DNA of 64,000 nt. Origin: Stegostoma tigrinum (lineage: Eukaryota). Positions 25,501 through 39,057 of the stretch are shown here, piece after piece. The translations under genes were made by a program, and so were the position numbers. Positions within the stretch are counted from its first letter, which is position 1; the number at the start of each line of letters is the position of its first letter. Under the pieces are notes generated by a model that saw nothing but the letters and a program-made list of their open reading frames with translations, ran no database searches and was not told the origin of the DNA. The stretch covers positions 44,930,017 to 44,994,016 of the forward strand of contig NC_081377.1 in NCBI RefSeq assembly GCF_030684315.1, given 5' to 3'.

Positions 25501-27048
25501 TCTAATTGCACAAGCAGTTAATTTTTCTTGAGGGTTTGTGATCTTCATTTTAGTTACTTGAAAATGACCTGTTAAGTTGGTATTGTTTGCCTGTGTGTTC
25601 CTGAGAGCGAAATGTTCAGATTAGACTTCTGTTAAGCTTTTCCTGTATTTAGCTGACTTTTGCACATATGCGTTCTCCAGGGCAATCAGTGACTGCAGTG
25701 GAACCACAGTCCGAAGCATGCCAACTGTTTGCTTGCTGCCCAGCTAATATTTATTGACTAAATGCAGATGTAAAAATTAAATTAATCATTGTGATACTGC
25801 ACTGTGGCAGTTTTTGCACCGTTATTATGGGAGCCCTTTTGCACTTGATTCAACTTAGAAACAGCATAGTACCATACTGAAATACAATGCAATATATTTC
25901 AAAAAATAATTTTAGCCAGAAATGAATTAGTGTTGAATATTGCTCTTAAAAATGTAGGAATGCTTTGTTTAAAAAAAGTTGCATTATATTGAGTAAAATC
26001 ATGGTACGTTCAGAGCAATTTATACATCTATGTAATCGTCTTCACTTAATAACTTGTGTATTTACGGTATGCGCAAGTATTCCATTTCCAGAGAACCTGA
26101 CCATTGAGTGAGGAGCAGTGGGTCAGCCTCTGAAAAATGCTGGGTAGAACCCTGTTATTGTAAAGTGAAGTCTTATTACCAAACCTTTGTGCTACCAAAG
26201 GAATACAATACAGTTTTAGAATGTTAATTTTTTAACAAAATTTGTAACTTTCTACTTAGAAATTAGGGATAAGTAAGATGGTAAGCTAATTTATTTTGTT
26301 TAATATGCAGTGTTGTTGCTTTTTCTGGTTTGAACTAAATTAGACCAAAGGCTATAATGAAATTAATTGTGAAACTATATTTTTAAAACATTTACAGTAA
26401 TGAATGATTTGGAGATATTCAAATTTGGGGACATTTACTTTGAATTAGATGGAGATGGCGCTAAATGCTCCTTAAGTCAGGAATGGAAAATTGATTGGGA
26501 TAAAAATGGATACAGGTCAAAGACGCCAAGAAATAATATATAGACATAAAATTAATTTAGTTTTATAGCGACTAATCTAATTCAGTTCGATACTTTTAAA
26601 GTACACATCAATGATACAAGATGCTAAACTGTGGACAGGCTTGAAATACCAGGAGAGGCAGCAGGAACCAAGTGGCTAGAAAGAGTCAACTGTATAACCT
26701 CAACAGAACACTGACAAGGCAATGTGAGAAACTTGTGTAGTTTATATTGGATGCATCTTCATATTTAGTTCAGAGGCATATGAAGCCATATGTTTTGGTT
26801 TATAAACTCATTTTCACCAGAATATTTATTTTGGATGACATCTTTAAATGATTGGAGAGAGTTGAAGAACTGTAAATCTTTGCTAAAGTTGAGGCATTAC
26901 TAAGTTTCCCATTTATTAAAATGGGATGTCTAGCCATCTAGCCATTTCGCCCATGAGTGCCTCCAACTTGACTGATCCTATTCCTGACATCCTGTAGACA
27001 GTTTACGAGTTGATTTGATGTTCGAGTGCAAAATCTTCTTGATTATAG

Positions 27049-27303
<255 letters not shown>

Positions 27304-29384
27304 TAACCAAGGTCTTTTCATCATATGATGCATTTGAATGTCAAGTTCAATCTGGTTCATTGTGGCTCTATACTTATAGAAATTGCTGCTTGGGACCAGT
27401 GATGGTATTTAAGATATAACTCCAAGTGTGTTTGTTGCTAAATACAGTCCCCACTTCTTACAGTGGTCACATATTTGCATATGATTTCCTTGTTATAGCC
27501 ACTGAAAATAACAGATAATGTCTTATGGTTATAAAGGTCCTTTTTCATTTGCTTGGTGACAATTTTAACCGAACTCTCATTATAGAATTAATAAGGAAAA
27601 GGTGTTGAATTTTTTGATTTTTAATGTGTTCTATCAGTTTCATCAAAGTATTAATATTGTAACACAGGAGCACCTATCCACTTTAATCCATTATCTGGCT
27701 TATGTATTAACAACTGAGTGGTTTCAATCATGATTACTCCCCAACCAATAAGCCTCTCCACTCTGGTCACCTAAGTTCTGTGACTAATAACTTCACAGTT
27801 CAAATACCCAAAGTTGTTCTAAATCTATCTGCAGAGAAACTGATCCGAGACTGTTATGGAAATTAATCAATCCTGTTAGTCATGGAATCTGCTTAAGTTA
27901 AATTGATTGTAATCTATGTTTTATTGAAATAAAGTTCCACAATGTCACTTTCCCAAAAAAACGCCTTTGTATAGTGTTTCTGCATAAAGTAAATGGAGCA
28001 CTTGATGCTCTGACTGACAACTTTAAAATTGGCATAGATGCAACTAAATTTTCCTTTCTCTGATAGTTTATGTTGCTATCTGTTTGAAATGTGAATGTTT
28101 TAAGCAGTGGGGACTGTACTGGGGGCTTGCATGTGAAAATTGTATTTGAATTACAAGCTACAGTCTTGCTGGCTAAGATGACAGTTTGTTGAATATTACT
28201 GAAAAGATGTGTATAATCAAAGCTTTTCAATTTGCACCCAGTTTGATCAGGACAAATGCAAGATTGGCAAATTTAAAACAACCGCCATTTCTACCACAGG
28301 AGAAAAGATTACTGATTGGCTGAGTCATTGCTGTGAAGAAAGCAGAGGGAATCTATGGCCCTCCCAAACACTCTGGCAATGCAAAAAAAGGCTATGCCAC
28401 AGGCTGAACTGGTTATATTAAATTCATTGTTAGTGTCTCTTCAGCAATATTCAAAGTCTGCTACCAAACAACAATCACATTTGTGAGAAATCTGAAAGCT
28501 TTTGAGAATAGCTAGATTATAGATTGTGCTAAAATGTGAAGTAATTTCAGTTTGAAATAGAGCCAAATGAAGCACTGTTCGGGCTAAAATTCATGACTGT
28601 TAGCCTGTGAATACCAGCAAAAAAATTAGCTCAAATTAGTAGCAATGTAATGCGATATGGCTGCTTAGAAATTGGAAGCTTAAATGTTGTACTACAGTGA
28701 CGCAGTCTATTCTTTTTTTGTGTCCCAATTTACCAGGAATGAATACCCAAAACTTAATCGCAAATAAAGTAATTTACTCAAATGTTTGATGTTCCATTGT
28801 AATTGCACTCATTTATAGCATAGTAGGAAACTATTCATTAGAGTATGTATTACAGCCCTTCTCACAACATAACCAACCATTCTGACTCCTTTTCTAACTT
28901 CGCACATCCGTACCAAATTTGACAATCTTTATTGCACATGCATACATAACAACATCTAAACTAGTAACTTTTTAAAGAAGAGTGAAGCATCCTCCTTAGC
29001 TTGTATCACCACTTTGACCTAGTTTTAAAAGGTGCTTTATGGGAAAAACAAATGCCATGTATTAAGTGGTATCCATGTAAGTTTGTTTTTTTGGCTACTT
29101 GGTTAAATTCTGAAAAGTGAATTGATTTTGTGCCCTGACTTGTCAGATTAACAATTTGAATTTTAGCATTAAATATTATTTGTTCATGTGAAATTCATGG
29201 TATTGTTTGTTCCTAATGTTCAAAATATCCGGCATTAAATATGGCCTGTTACATTTCATCTTGCCACTTAAGCACCCTGAAATGTCTGGAATTTAAATGA
29301 AAGATACTTTGTAGAATTTTAGTATAATCAGAATGATTGACTGTTTCCTACAATTTGCAAACAACATCATGATGACGACTAGAC

Positions 29385-29650
29385 CAAGTTTTGTTTTCTT
29401 ACTTTGAGGGATATAATGGGCCACAATACCAGGGATATCTCCCTGATCATCTTCAAATAGTGCCGTGGGATGTTTTATGTCAGCCTAAAGGGCAGGTAGA
29501 GTCTTGATTTAATGTCTCACCTGTGATATAGCACCTGTGACTGTGATACATAGACTGCTGCACTGTAATGTTTTAGATTGTTCTGTTCATTTCCTGGAAT
29601 AGACCCTGATTCACAATCATCTGACTCTGAGTGCTACAGACTGAACTATA
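29385..29650 (-). mobile_element. Deu-domain SINE remnant
   Basis: CTTCAAATAGTGCCGTGGGATGTTTTA..GGGCAG..TTTAATGTCTCA..GCACCT matches the Deu-SINE core as I recall it. Confidence 0.6.
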
Positions 29651-31559
29651 GCAAAAGGTTGTTTGGACTTCCTCACTTTCCAGAAGTGTTGAGAGTATGG
29701 GTCCAAATCTATGGACCTGATGCATCTTGCACTGAGTACCAGTGTAAATATCTTTTGACGTAGAAATTACTGGAGAAATTCAGTCTTCAGTGTAACCTAG
29801 GCTTGAAACACGAACTGTGCTTTCTGCCACATGATGCTGTGTGACCTGCTGAGTTCTCCAGCAATATCGGATTTTGTTTCAGAATTCCAGCAACCACCAT
29901 TCTGTAGGTATAGATCTCTAAGTCCTTGATACATACAGCTGACGAGGCCAACATTTACTGTCCACCCTGAATTACCATTGAGTAAGATGGTGGTTAAAGG
30001 TTTAAGTGGGGGGGGGAAGTGAAAGTCAACCACGTTGCTTGGGCCTGGCGATCATAAATAGGCCAGACAGGGTAAGGATAGTAGATTTGCTCCCCTGAAG
30101 GACGTTATGGCCAAGCAGATTTTTAATGATAATATGCTGGTTTCATGATCCCTGATTTGATTTTAAATTTCTTTTCCTGATTTATTGCAATTTGAAATTC
30201 AATATCTGGAGCATTAATCCTGGCCTCTGGATGTATGTTGAGTAATTTTATCACTGCTAATATCCCCAGATTCTTGCAGTTAAAAACATTTACAAATTCA
30301 CTATTGCAAAAGCAAGCTTTTATGGATTTATCAGTTGTCAAGTGAAGAAAGCTGGATTCTGCAGCATAAATATCAGGCATGGGACTCTGATTTCTGAATT
30401 AAATAGCTTTACTTTTCAGGCAATAAGAGAAAGCATTGATGGGCTGTATACTTTCTAAAAGATTTTTAAAATGCTGTGATCTTCATTTGAACAGCATTAA
30501 TCCTGAAAGTGACATTGTTTGCTGAATGTTACATCACAAAATTGATTAGTAGAATTAGACCTAGTAGTATTCTGTAACAGCCAGCATGTATACATACTGG
30601 AAACAGATTTCCTGAGAGAACATTACACCTTCCATTGATTGGACATTAATATGTCCAGTCACTCAGCAGATTTTCACCATCAGTGACCTAAACTGAGCTG
30701 GCTTTAATAAAAGGGGTACTATGGAAAGTTCATCTGACTTTGTTTAGTACTATTTAGTTAATTATTTGCATACTTATAGTATTTTCCTAAGATAAACATT
30801 TTAAATTTAGAATGAGCAGAAACTCTGAATATTTTAAATGGGGGTTTAATGGGAATGTCTGAACTGTTGGAACCCAGATTTGCCAGCAGTAATTGTCTAG
30901 TCACAGTGGTGTGCAACTTGGCAGCAATATTCCCATGTACCTGTTGTTGTTGCCCTGAGTTGTGGAGATGATAGGTCAGGGAAGATGTTGGCATTAATCC
31001 ATGGTGTGTTTCTACAGCACATTGTGTATATAGTACACACTGCAGCTAATAATGCTAACAGTGAATGTTCAGGTTAATCAGTTAAATGCCAGTTAACCTG
31101 GAAGTTGCCACGCTTTTTGGCTGTTGCAGCGTAACCCTTTCTAGGCTAGTGGGAACGTTCCATTATGTTGACTCCTACCTTGTGATGATGATACTTGCCA
31201 TAACCCCTGGCATCAGACTTGTAGCAATCACAACACTTCTCTGACAGATCACCCTTTGATTCACTTGTGTGGTTTGCCTGAGCATGTTGATTCCGAACTG
31301 ATAATTCAGCAGCATTCAGACCTTTACAGCTTTACTATCTAAGGAGTTAAATTTGGACTTGAACATTGCAATGTGAGGCTTATTTTCTGAATTCTTTTTT
31401 TAAAAACGGTTACATTTTATGTAATAGCTCATTATGGGTACATCTAATACACAGCCCCAAGGAACACTTGTGATAATTATCTGAAGCTGCAATAATTGAC
31501 TTCAAAACAACTAGAACTACTCTCTTCCATGGTAGATATAACATCAGCCTTTGAAGAAT

Positions 31560-33380
31560 TTTCCTGAATGCATTAACTTCAATTTTCTATAAATATATAA
31601 AATCAGATAGCAAAAGTTTCTATAAATATATAAAATGACAAAGAGTGGCTAAAGTAAACATTGGCCCTTTAGAGGATGAGAAGGAGAATTTAGTTATGGG
31701 ATATAATGAAATGGTTGAGGCATTGAACAGGTATTTTGTATCGGTCTTCACAGTGAAGGACACTAATAACATGCCAGTAATTGACAGACAAAGGTAAGTG
31801 AGGACCTGGAAACAGTCATTATTACGGAAGAGGTAGCGTTGGGCAAGCTAATGGAGCTAAGGATTGAAAGTCTCCTGGGCCTGATGGAATGCATCCCAAG
31901 ATATTAAGAGATGGTGGGAGAAATAGCAGGTGCTCTGATGGTAATTTTCCAAAATTCACTTATCTATGGGGCAGTCCCAGCAGATTGGAAAACAGCAAAT
32001 GTGATGTCACTATTTAAAAAGGGGAGGTAGACTAAAGAGAGGGAATTATAGACCAGTTAGCTTAACCTCTGAAGTGGGGAAGAAGCTTGACTCTATCAAG
32101 GAAGAAATAGCAAGGCATCTCGATAGAAATGCTTGACAAATCTTTTGGAATTCTATGAAGACATTACGAGCAAGGTGGACAATGGGGACCCAGTCGTACT
32201 TAATTTCCAAAAGGCCTTCGACAAGGTGCCGCATAAGAGGCTGCTGCATAAGATAAGGATGCATGGTGTTAGGGATAAAGTATTAGCATGGATAGAGAAT
32301 TGGTTGACTAACAGGAAGCAAAGAGTGGGGATAAATGAGTGCTATTCTGGCTGACAATCAGTGACGAGTGGTGTGCCTCAGGGATCCGTGTTGGGACCGC
32401 AATTATTTACAATTTATACAGATGATTTGGAGTTGTGGACCACGTGTAGGGTGTCAAAGTTTGCAGATAACAGTAATGAGTGGCAGCGCAAAGTGTGCAG
32501 AGGACTGTGAAACTTTGCTGAGGAACATGATACATTGAGTGGGCAAAGGTCTGGCAGTTGGAATACAATGCAAATAAATGTCAAGTCATACATTTTGGTA
32601 GCAGTAATAGTAAAAGGGATTATTACTTGAATGGTAAAAAAGTTGCAGCATGCTGTTCTGCAGAGGGACTTGGGTGTCCTTGTCCATGAATCACAGAAGG
32701 GTGGTCTGCAGGTACAACAAGTAATTAGGAAGGCAAATGGAATTTTGTCCTTCATTGCTAAAGGGATTGAGTTTAAAAGCAGAGAGGTTATGTTGCAGCT
32801 GTACAAGGTGCTGGTAAGGCCACACCTGGAGTACTGTGTGCAGTTTTGGCCTCCTTACTTGAGGAAGGATGTACTGGCACTGGAGGGAGTGCCAAGGAGC
32901 CTCAAGGTTGATTCTGGAGTTGAGGGGATTGGTTTATGGGGAGAGACTGAGTAGATTGGGATTATATTCATTGGAATTCAGAAGATTGAGGGGGGATCTT
33001 ATAGAAACATATAAAATTAAGAAGGGAATAGATAAGATAGAAGTAGAGAGGATGTTCCCGCTGGCAGGTGAAGCTAGGACAAGAGGGCATAGCCTCAAGA
33101 TAAGAGGGAGCAGATTTAGGACTGAATTGAGAAGGAACTTCTTCACTCAGAGGGTGGTTAATCTATGGAATTCCTTACCCCGTGAAGTAGTTGACGCTAC
33201 TTCAGTAAATGTTTTTAAAGCTAATGTAGATTTTTTTCAACAATAAAGGAATTAAGGGATATGGTGAGAACGCAGGTGAGTGGATCTGAGTCCACGAAAA
33301 GATCAGCCATGATCTTAATGAATGGCAGAGCAGTCTCGAAGGGCCGAACGGCTTACGCCTGCTCCTAGTTCTTATGTTCT
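31560..33380 (+). mobile_element. CR1 LINE (RT to 3' end), frameshifted, inside the U12 intron
   Basis: LTNLLEFYEDIT..FQKAFDKVPHKRLL; LYKVLVRPHLEYCVQFW; RTRGHSLKI; tail TTCTTATGTTCTTA. Confidence 0.92.
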
Positions 33381-33479
33381 TACTAGGATAGCTTGGTTTC
33401 ATGCTTGTTTGATGCTTAGATGCGAAGTTAAACTTCAGCTCATGTCCACTTTTAACCAAGGCTGCAATGAGGAATCAGT

Positions 33480-33680
33480 CAAAAGTCACATTATACCAGG
33501 TTATAGTCCAACAGATTTATTTGAAATCGCAAGCTTCCAGAATGCTGCTGCTTCATCAGGAAGTGTTTTTTCTGACGCATGAAGGAGCAGCGCTTTGAAA
33601 GCTTGTGATTTCAAATAAACCTGGTGTCGTGTAATTTCTGACTTTGTCAACCCAGCCCAATACCGGTACCACCTCATTGT
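33480..33680. mobile_element. Third palindromic Penelope-end-like element
   Basis: AAAGTCA..CCAGGTT..TTTATTTGAAATCGCAAGCTT versus AAGCTTGTGATTTCAAATAAACCTGG..TGACTTT inverted arms. Confidence 0.7.
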
Positions 33681-33949
33681 GACAATGAGGTCTGGAGCCG
33701 AACATGCCTAGTGAACCCTAAAATGAGCCTGAGTGAGTGCATTACTGGTGAACGGTTGCCAATTGATAAAGCTGAAAGATTTGCTGCATGTTAATTGAGT
33801 GGGTTTACTTGTCCTTTTTATTGTACTGGATGTTGGGTCTTGAGCAATGGTATTATCCCTACCTCTGTCTGCAAGAGTTTCATTTTCTTGAAATTTGTAC
33901 AAAAGTGCCAATGTAGTCACTAATGGGGATCGTCAATAAAGAGATTTAC

Positions 33950-34832
33950 TTAATTGGCTTCAGGCATGAAGGAGTTGTCTTATGGTCAAAAGTTGGGCCT
34001 GTATTTGTTGGAGTTTAGAAGAGTGAGGTAATGTTATTGAAACATGAGACAACATAGCTGGGTTAACACTAAAAGGATGCTTCCTCTTCCACAAGAAATT
34101 CGAATTGGGGTCATGGCTTAAATGAAAGAGGTCTCCCATTTAAGGCAGAGATGAGAATTTTTTCCTGATGGGTCTTGTGAAAATAAAATCTCTTCCCCAG
34201 TGAGTTGTGGTGGGATCATCAAATACTTTTAAATTATGGGTAGTGAAGTTCTTGATTTATTGCTGCATTCATTGGGGCCTAGGCAGGAATATGCCATTAA
34301 AGCCAGAATTAGTCTAATGATCTTCTCAAATAGTGGAGCAAGCTTGAGGCCCAAATGGCTATTCTTGCTGAACTCTTACGTGACATTCTAAAATCATAAG
34401 ACCATAAGACATAGAAGTGGAACTAAGGCCATTTGGCCCATCAAGTCCACTTCGCCATTTAAATCATGGCTGACGGGCATTTCAGCTCCACTTCCCTGCA
34501 CTCTCCCCGTAGCTCTTGATTTCTTCTGAGATCAAGAATTTGTCGATCTCTACCTTGAAGGCATCCAACGTCCCAGCCTCCGCTGCATTCCATGGCAATG
34601 AATTCCACAAGCCCACCATGCTCTGGCTGAAGTAATGTCATCTCATTTCAGTTTTAAATTTACCCCCTCTAATTTTAAGGCTTTGCCCATGGGTCCTAGT
34701 CTCCCCCCTAACAGAAACAACTTCCTAGCGTCCACCCCTTCTAAGCCATACACTATCTTGTAAGTTTCTATTAGATCTCCCCTCAACCTTCTAAACTCTA
34801 ATGAGTACAATCCCAGGATCCTTAGCTGTTTC
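33950..34832. mobile_element. Two CR1 3' ends facing each other (33950-34385 +, 34395-34832 -)
   Basis: ORF 34643-34834 LRILGLYSLEFRRLRGDLIETYKI; CATAAGA tail repeats. Confidence 0.8.
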
Positions 34833-34959
34833 AAAATCAGTTGTGGATAATCAGTGACTGTTTTGGATTATATCTACTGGTCTGAATTTAATAATTGCAA
34901 CTTCCCACTGCCTAACTGAAACCTCTATGTCGTCCAGAAGCAAGCTGTCACCATTTCTG

Positions 34960-35155
34960 ACATAGTAGGAACTGCAGTTGCTGGAGAATCTGAGAATACA
35001 AGGTGTAGAGCTAGATGAACACAACAGGCCAAGCAGTATCAGAGGAGCAGGAAGGCTGATGTTTTAGGCCTAGACCCCCCCTTCAGTTTTCTGATAAAGG
35101 GCCTAGGCCCAAAACGTCAGCCTTCCTGCTCCTCTGATGCTGCTTGGTCTGCTGT
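34960..35155. mobile_element. Palindromic Penelope-end element in the U12 intron
   Basis: Same family as 4190-4393. Confidence 0.8.
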
Positions 35156-36846
35156 CACCATTTCTTATGGGTTTAGTTAATGTACGCCAGTAATAGATGC
35201 TTGCATTGTCAATGAATTATACAGAAGTATTACATGAACTTATCCCATTATTGTACTAAATTGTATTGAAGTAAATCCGAATCTTGAGTCAGAAATTTTT
35301 TGAATTCTTATTCCAGCCTGCTTTTAGAATAGGATCCATTTTTTTCATCCAGTGATTTTATTTTTCTAAAATTAGAAGGACATCATCTCTGGCAGGTCCT
35401 TTGCACAATAAGCATGAATGCCTAGATCAAATTGATTTTTTTTACTCCTCAGAAATTCACACACCCATACTCTTAAATCAGAGTTATGGAATAATCTTGT
35501 ATGGATAATTTGGCCTAAAAAAATCAATCTGAATTACATCAAAAATATAAATGTTTGAATTTAGTTCTAAATTCAAAATGCAGTGTGTTTTGTATATAAT
35601 GCCTGATAATACTTTCATATCTGTAAGTGTTTGGATGTGATAAATTAGCTATAAATGTAAAATTGACAAAGCAGGCTCCTTTTCTAAAACCTTATGGTCC
35701 CAATTTTATTTATGAAAATTCAGTTTTATCACTAAATTCCTGGTTCGTGTTTGTTTGCTTTCACATTGTTGGATAATCTAATGCTAAGCACCTGGCAGTA
35801 AATTGCATTGTAAGATGGGAGTTGATTTATTCTTGCACTGAGGTTTTTGAAAGAATCTGAAAATGCTGCATCTTGCACTGTTGTCAGATCACTAGTTGTG
35901 ATGCAGAATTACGCATGACAAATTTTAAATTCAGATTGAATATTTCTAGCAATTTTTGCATGTGCAGTTTGACTTGGGAATTCTGATCTTCTGCATTCTA
36001 CACGTTCTAATATTTGAGTATTGCATCTACGCCTATTTTTGAGCTGAAATTTTGAATGCAGCTTTGATTCCTCGTTCCCCTCAATTATAATATATTTTAC
36101 TTATTTTTGAAGCTTGAAGGTCTGAGACCTGAATATTTGTCCAAGGAAAGCTATTATGGCAAATGCAAATTCAGAAAATTTAGCTTCCGTGTCTTGACAA
36201 AATTTCATTGACTGTAAGGATGTTTAAATGAATTTCATTTTACTTATGACTTCATGGACTGTGCATGATATTCCTTTGAGAAAATTGTAAATTTAACTTT
36301 AATATTAAAGTAACTTAAGACTTGTATGCTCCATTGCCTAACTAAATGTATTTGTTATTTGGTAAGTATTTTGGCATAATCTAGCTATTAAGTATAAACA
36401 TTGACACAGAGTTGGTGTACTCTGATATTCCTGTGAATACAAATGCATGTTGACAGGACTAGGAAGCTTACTGAATAAAATAGTGCTATTATGCTTCTAG
36501 TAGAAAATGACCTACTGCTCCACTTTGTGTAACTAATGTGCTATTTGAGTTGGTTGCTGCAGGGATTTGCTGGTTTTGGGTTCATTTAGTGCACCCCACT
36601 GTTGCTTGTCTAACATTTTTTTTCCTTTTTTTATATTCTGCTGTAAGGTATGTATTTCTTGTTTGATCAGAAGTTCATCTGAATAGAAAATGTGACACAA
36701 TTTTTAGCTGTTGGTGTAAAAAAAAATACTTGCTGGTGTCTTTTTTGGCTAATTTTGGTGGTAGTCAAAAAAGTGATTTCAAACCCTGCATGTTTGTCTT
36801 TTTATACTCATCCCCTGACATAACCTTTTTGTTGTTGTTGCCTCAG

Positions 36847-37325
36847 AAAATTTAAAGCAATCCGCTGTAACTGGCGAACCCACAAAGAAAGTATGAAAGA
36901 GCCTTTTAGATAGAACCCAAGCATAAGACAAGCAGACAAGCCAAAGACCTCTTAAGGATCAGGCTTGAAGAAAAGAGAGGGAGGGTGAAAAAGATTAAAG
37001 CTTGAAGAGGGAAAAAGTCAAGGCTTCGATTTGTCTGCAATTGGAAAAAAGGTTGTTTTGTCAAAGTCAAAGCCAAGTGTCTTATTTGGGCCAGCGCCTC
37101 ATGTCAAGTCCTTCTGGCAAGCACTTAAAGAGTTAAAGGTCAAGCTGACGGTGCAAGGTCAAGTTTACAGCCAAATTTAAGGTAACCAGCAAAGTCCTGA
37201 TATTGTATCCTACCTTAGTGAAACAGTTCATTTGCTCTTAAATATTGTTCTTAACTGCAATTTTACAGACTTAAATGATCCTTATGTAATACAAATATAT
37301 ATTAAAACGTTTATAACTGATAAAT
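36847..37325 (+). other. SRSF10: Candidate GA-rich poison / alternative terminal exon inside the U12 intron
   Basis: CTGAC branch, T/G tract and CCTCAG| acceptor; stops in all 3 frames within 70 nt; AAGA/GACAA/GTCAAG-rich; donor AAG|GTAACC at 37182; TGTA then ATTAAA at 37301. Confidence 0.65.
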
Positions 37326-38266
37326 CATAGTCTTACTGCTGCAGATAAATTCATTCTTTTTTTATTTTCAAAAATTGGTTTTGATTCGAGTGTTCTTGAC
37401 ACCTTTTTGTTTCTAGCTGTTGACTCAACAGGAGATCACTACGGTGTGAAATAGAAGACATAAGTTTTTTTTGAAAGGTTTAGAATACTTTTTATATTTT
37501 ATTCAACTTTGTTCTAGTCTCTTCTCCAAATACTGTTTAACTGTCTATTTTTGCACAAGATGTCCCATATTTGTCTTCCTCCATGATCTGAATTAGATGC
37601 TGCAGATTTACAGTTGCAGGCACTACAGGATGTCTTATTTTAGTGAATTAACGCAGGGCATGACATTTATTAAAGGATGCCTGCAAGCTGTAGGATGTCA
37701 CTCGCCAAATGAGCAGACCTTTGTTTTGTCCTTGTGCAGTGACTACTATTGTAGCATATTTTACTCCTCCACAGTAGAATACATCCTACTGGAGTGAAAC
37801 ACTTAAAAGATTGTTTTTTGACTAGCAATGTGACATTTATTTACGTTCATTTACAAGTCACAATTGAATTGTTTGCAGCATTTTGTTAAATATGATTTTA
37901 TTAATGAATGAGACCAGACTTAGATCAGAAAATAATTCTTGATTGAATTTCATGTGATAATAGGGTAGCTACAACCTAATAATATTTCGCGTCAGAATGT
38001 AATACTGTCTTTCTGTTCTGCATTTATTTTATACTATTATGATTCACTTAGAAAATTTGAATGAAAACCCTATTTTAGTAGTAATATTAAGAAATTTGCA
38101 GTTTTTGTAATAAGCTATATTTGATGTAGTTTTGACATCTTAAGCAATTTAATATAATACAAAAAGCAAATTTTCTAAGTTTTGGCAAAACAATGTTGTG
38201 GTTGAAAATGTGTATTGAAGATTGTAGGATGTGTTCGAAACCTGTGAAAGTGAAAAGCCCCCTTAA

Positions 38267-38467
<201 letters not shown>

Positions 38468-38810
38468 TGAATCTATACATCCTGTGTTTTACACTGAGGT
38501 ATTGATAATTTGAAGGATTTAGTAAGAGACATTTTATAACTAAGCAGATATATTGATTGTGTAATTTTCTTTTGAGTGGAAATTTCCGTATGGGATTGAT
38601 GCATCCTAGAATGTTTGGGATTGCTGGCTTTGGTGCATGGCAACAAAAAACTGATAATGTGCTCGCTGAAAACTGCTAAAGTTTGAATTGCAGAATTGTT
38701 TGTTCCATGCAAAGCTTGAACTTGGAAGTGTGTGGTGGAAAAAGCAAAGATATATTCAATAAACGATTGGTGTTCTGGATGGTGTGATATTTTTGTCTTT
38801 GTAATTGCAG

Positions 38811-38982
38811 CACCTGGTCAGATGAAATCAAAGGAACGAAGATCTTCACGAAGTTCACCACGATATGACCGTTATGATGACTATGATAGGAGGAGAAGGT
38901 CCAGGAGTCGAAGTTATGATCGGAGGAGATCACGAAGTCGTTCTTACGATCGAAGTCACCGGAGATCTGATAGCCCTAAAAA
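38811..38982 (+). CDS. SRSF10: SRSF10 coding exon 4 (TPGQMKSKE...YDDYDRRRRSRSRSYDRRRSRSRSYD...SPK), start of RS domain
   Basis: Acceptor TTGCAG|C; donor AA|GTATGT; the YDDYDR..RSRSRSY motif is SRSF10-like rather than SRSF12-like. Confidence 0.92.
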
Positions 38983-39057
38983 GTATGTAACTTTGGCATC
39001 TGCAATTTTTGTCCTCCAGTTCAGTGTATTTATTTCACTGGTCTTTTTTTTGTGCAG

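Noticed and set aside
25685-25712. CAGTG-containing hairpin resembling an iron-responsive element
   Set aside because: The five bases on each side of CAGTGG do not pair, and the site is intronic.
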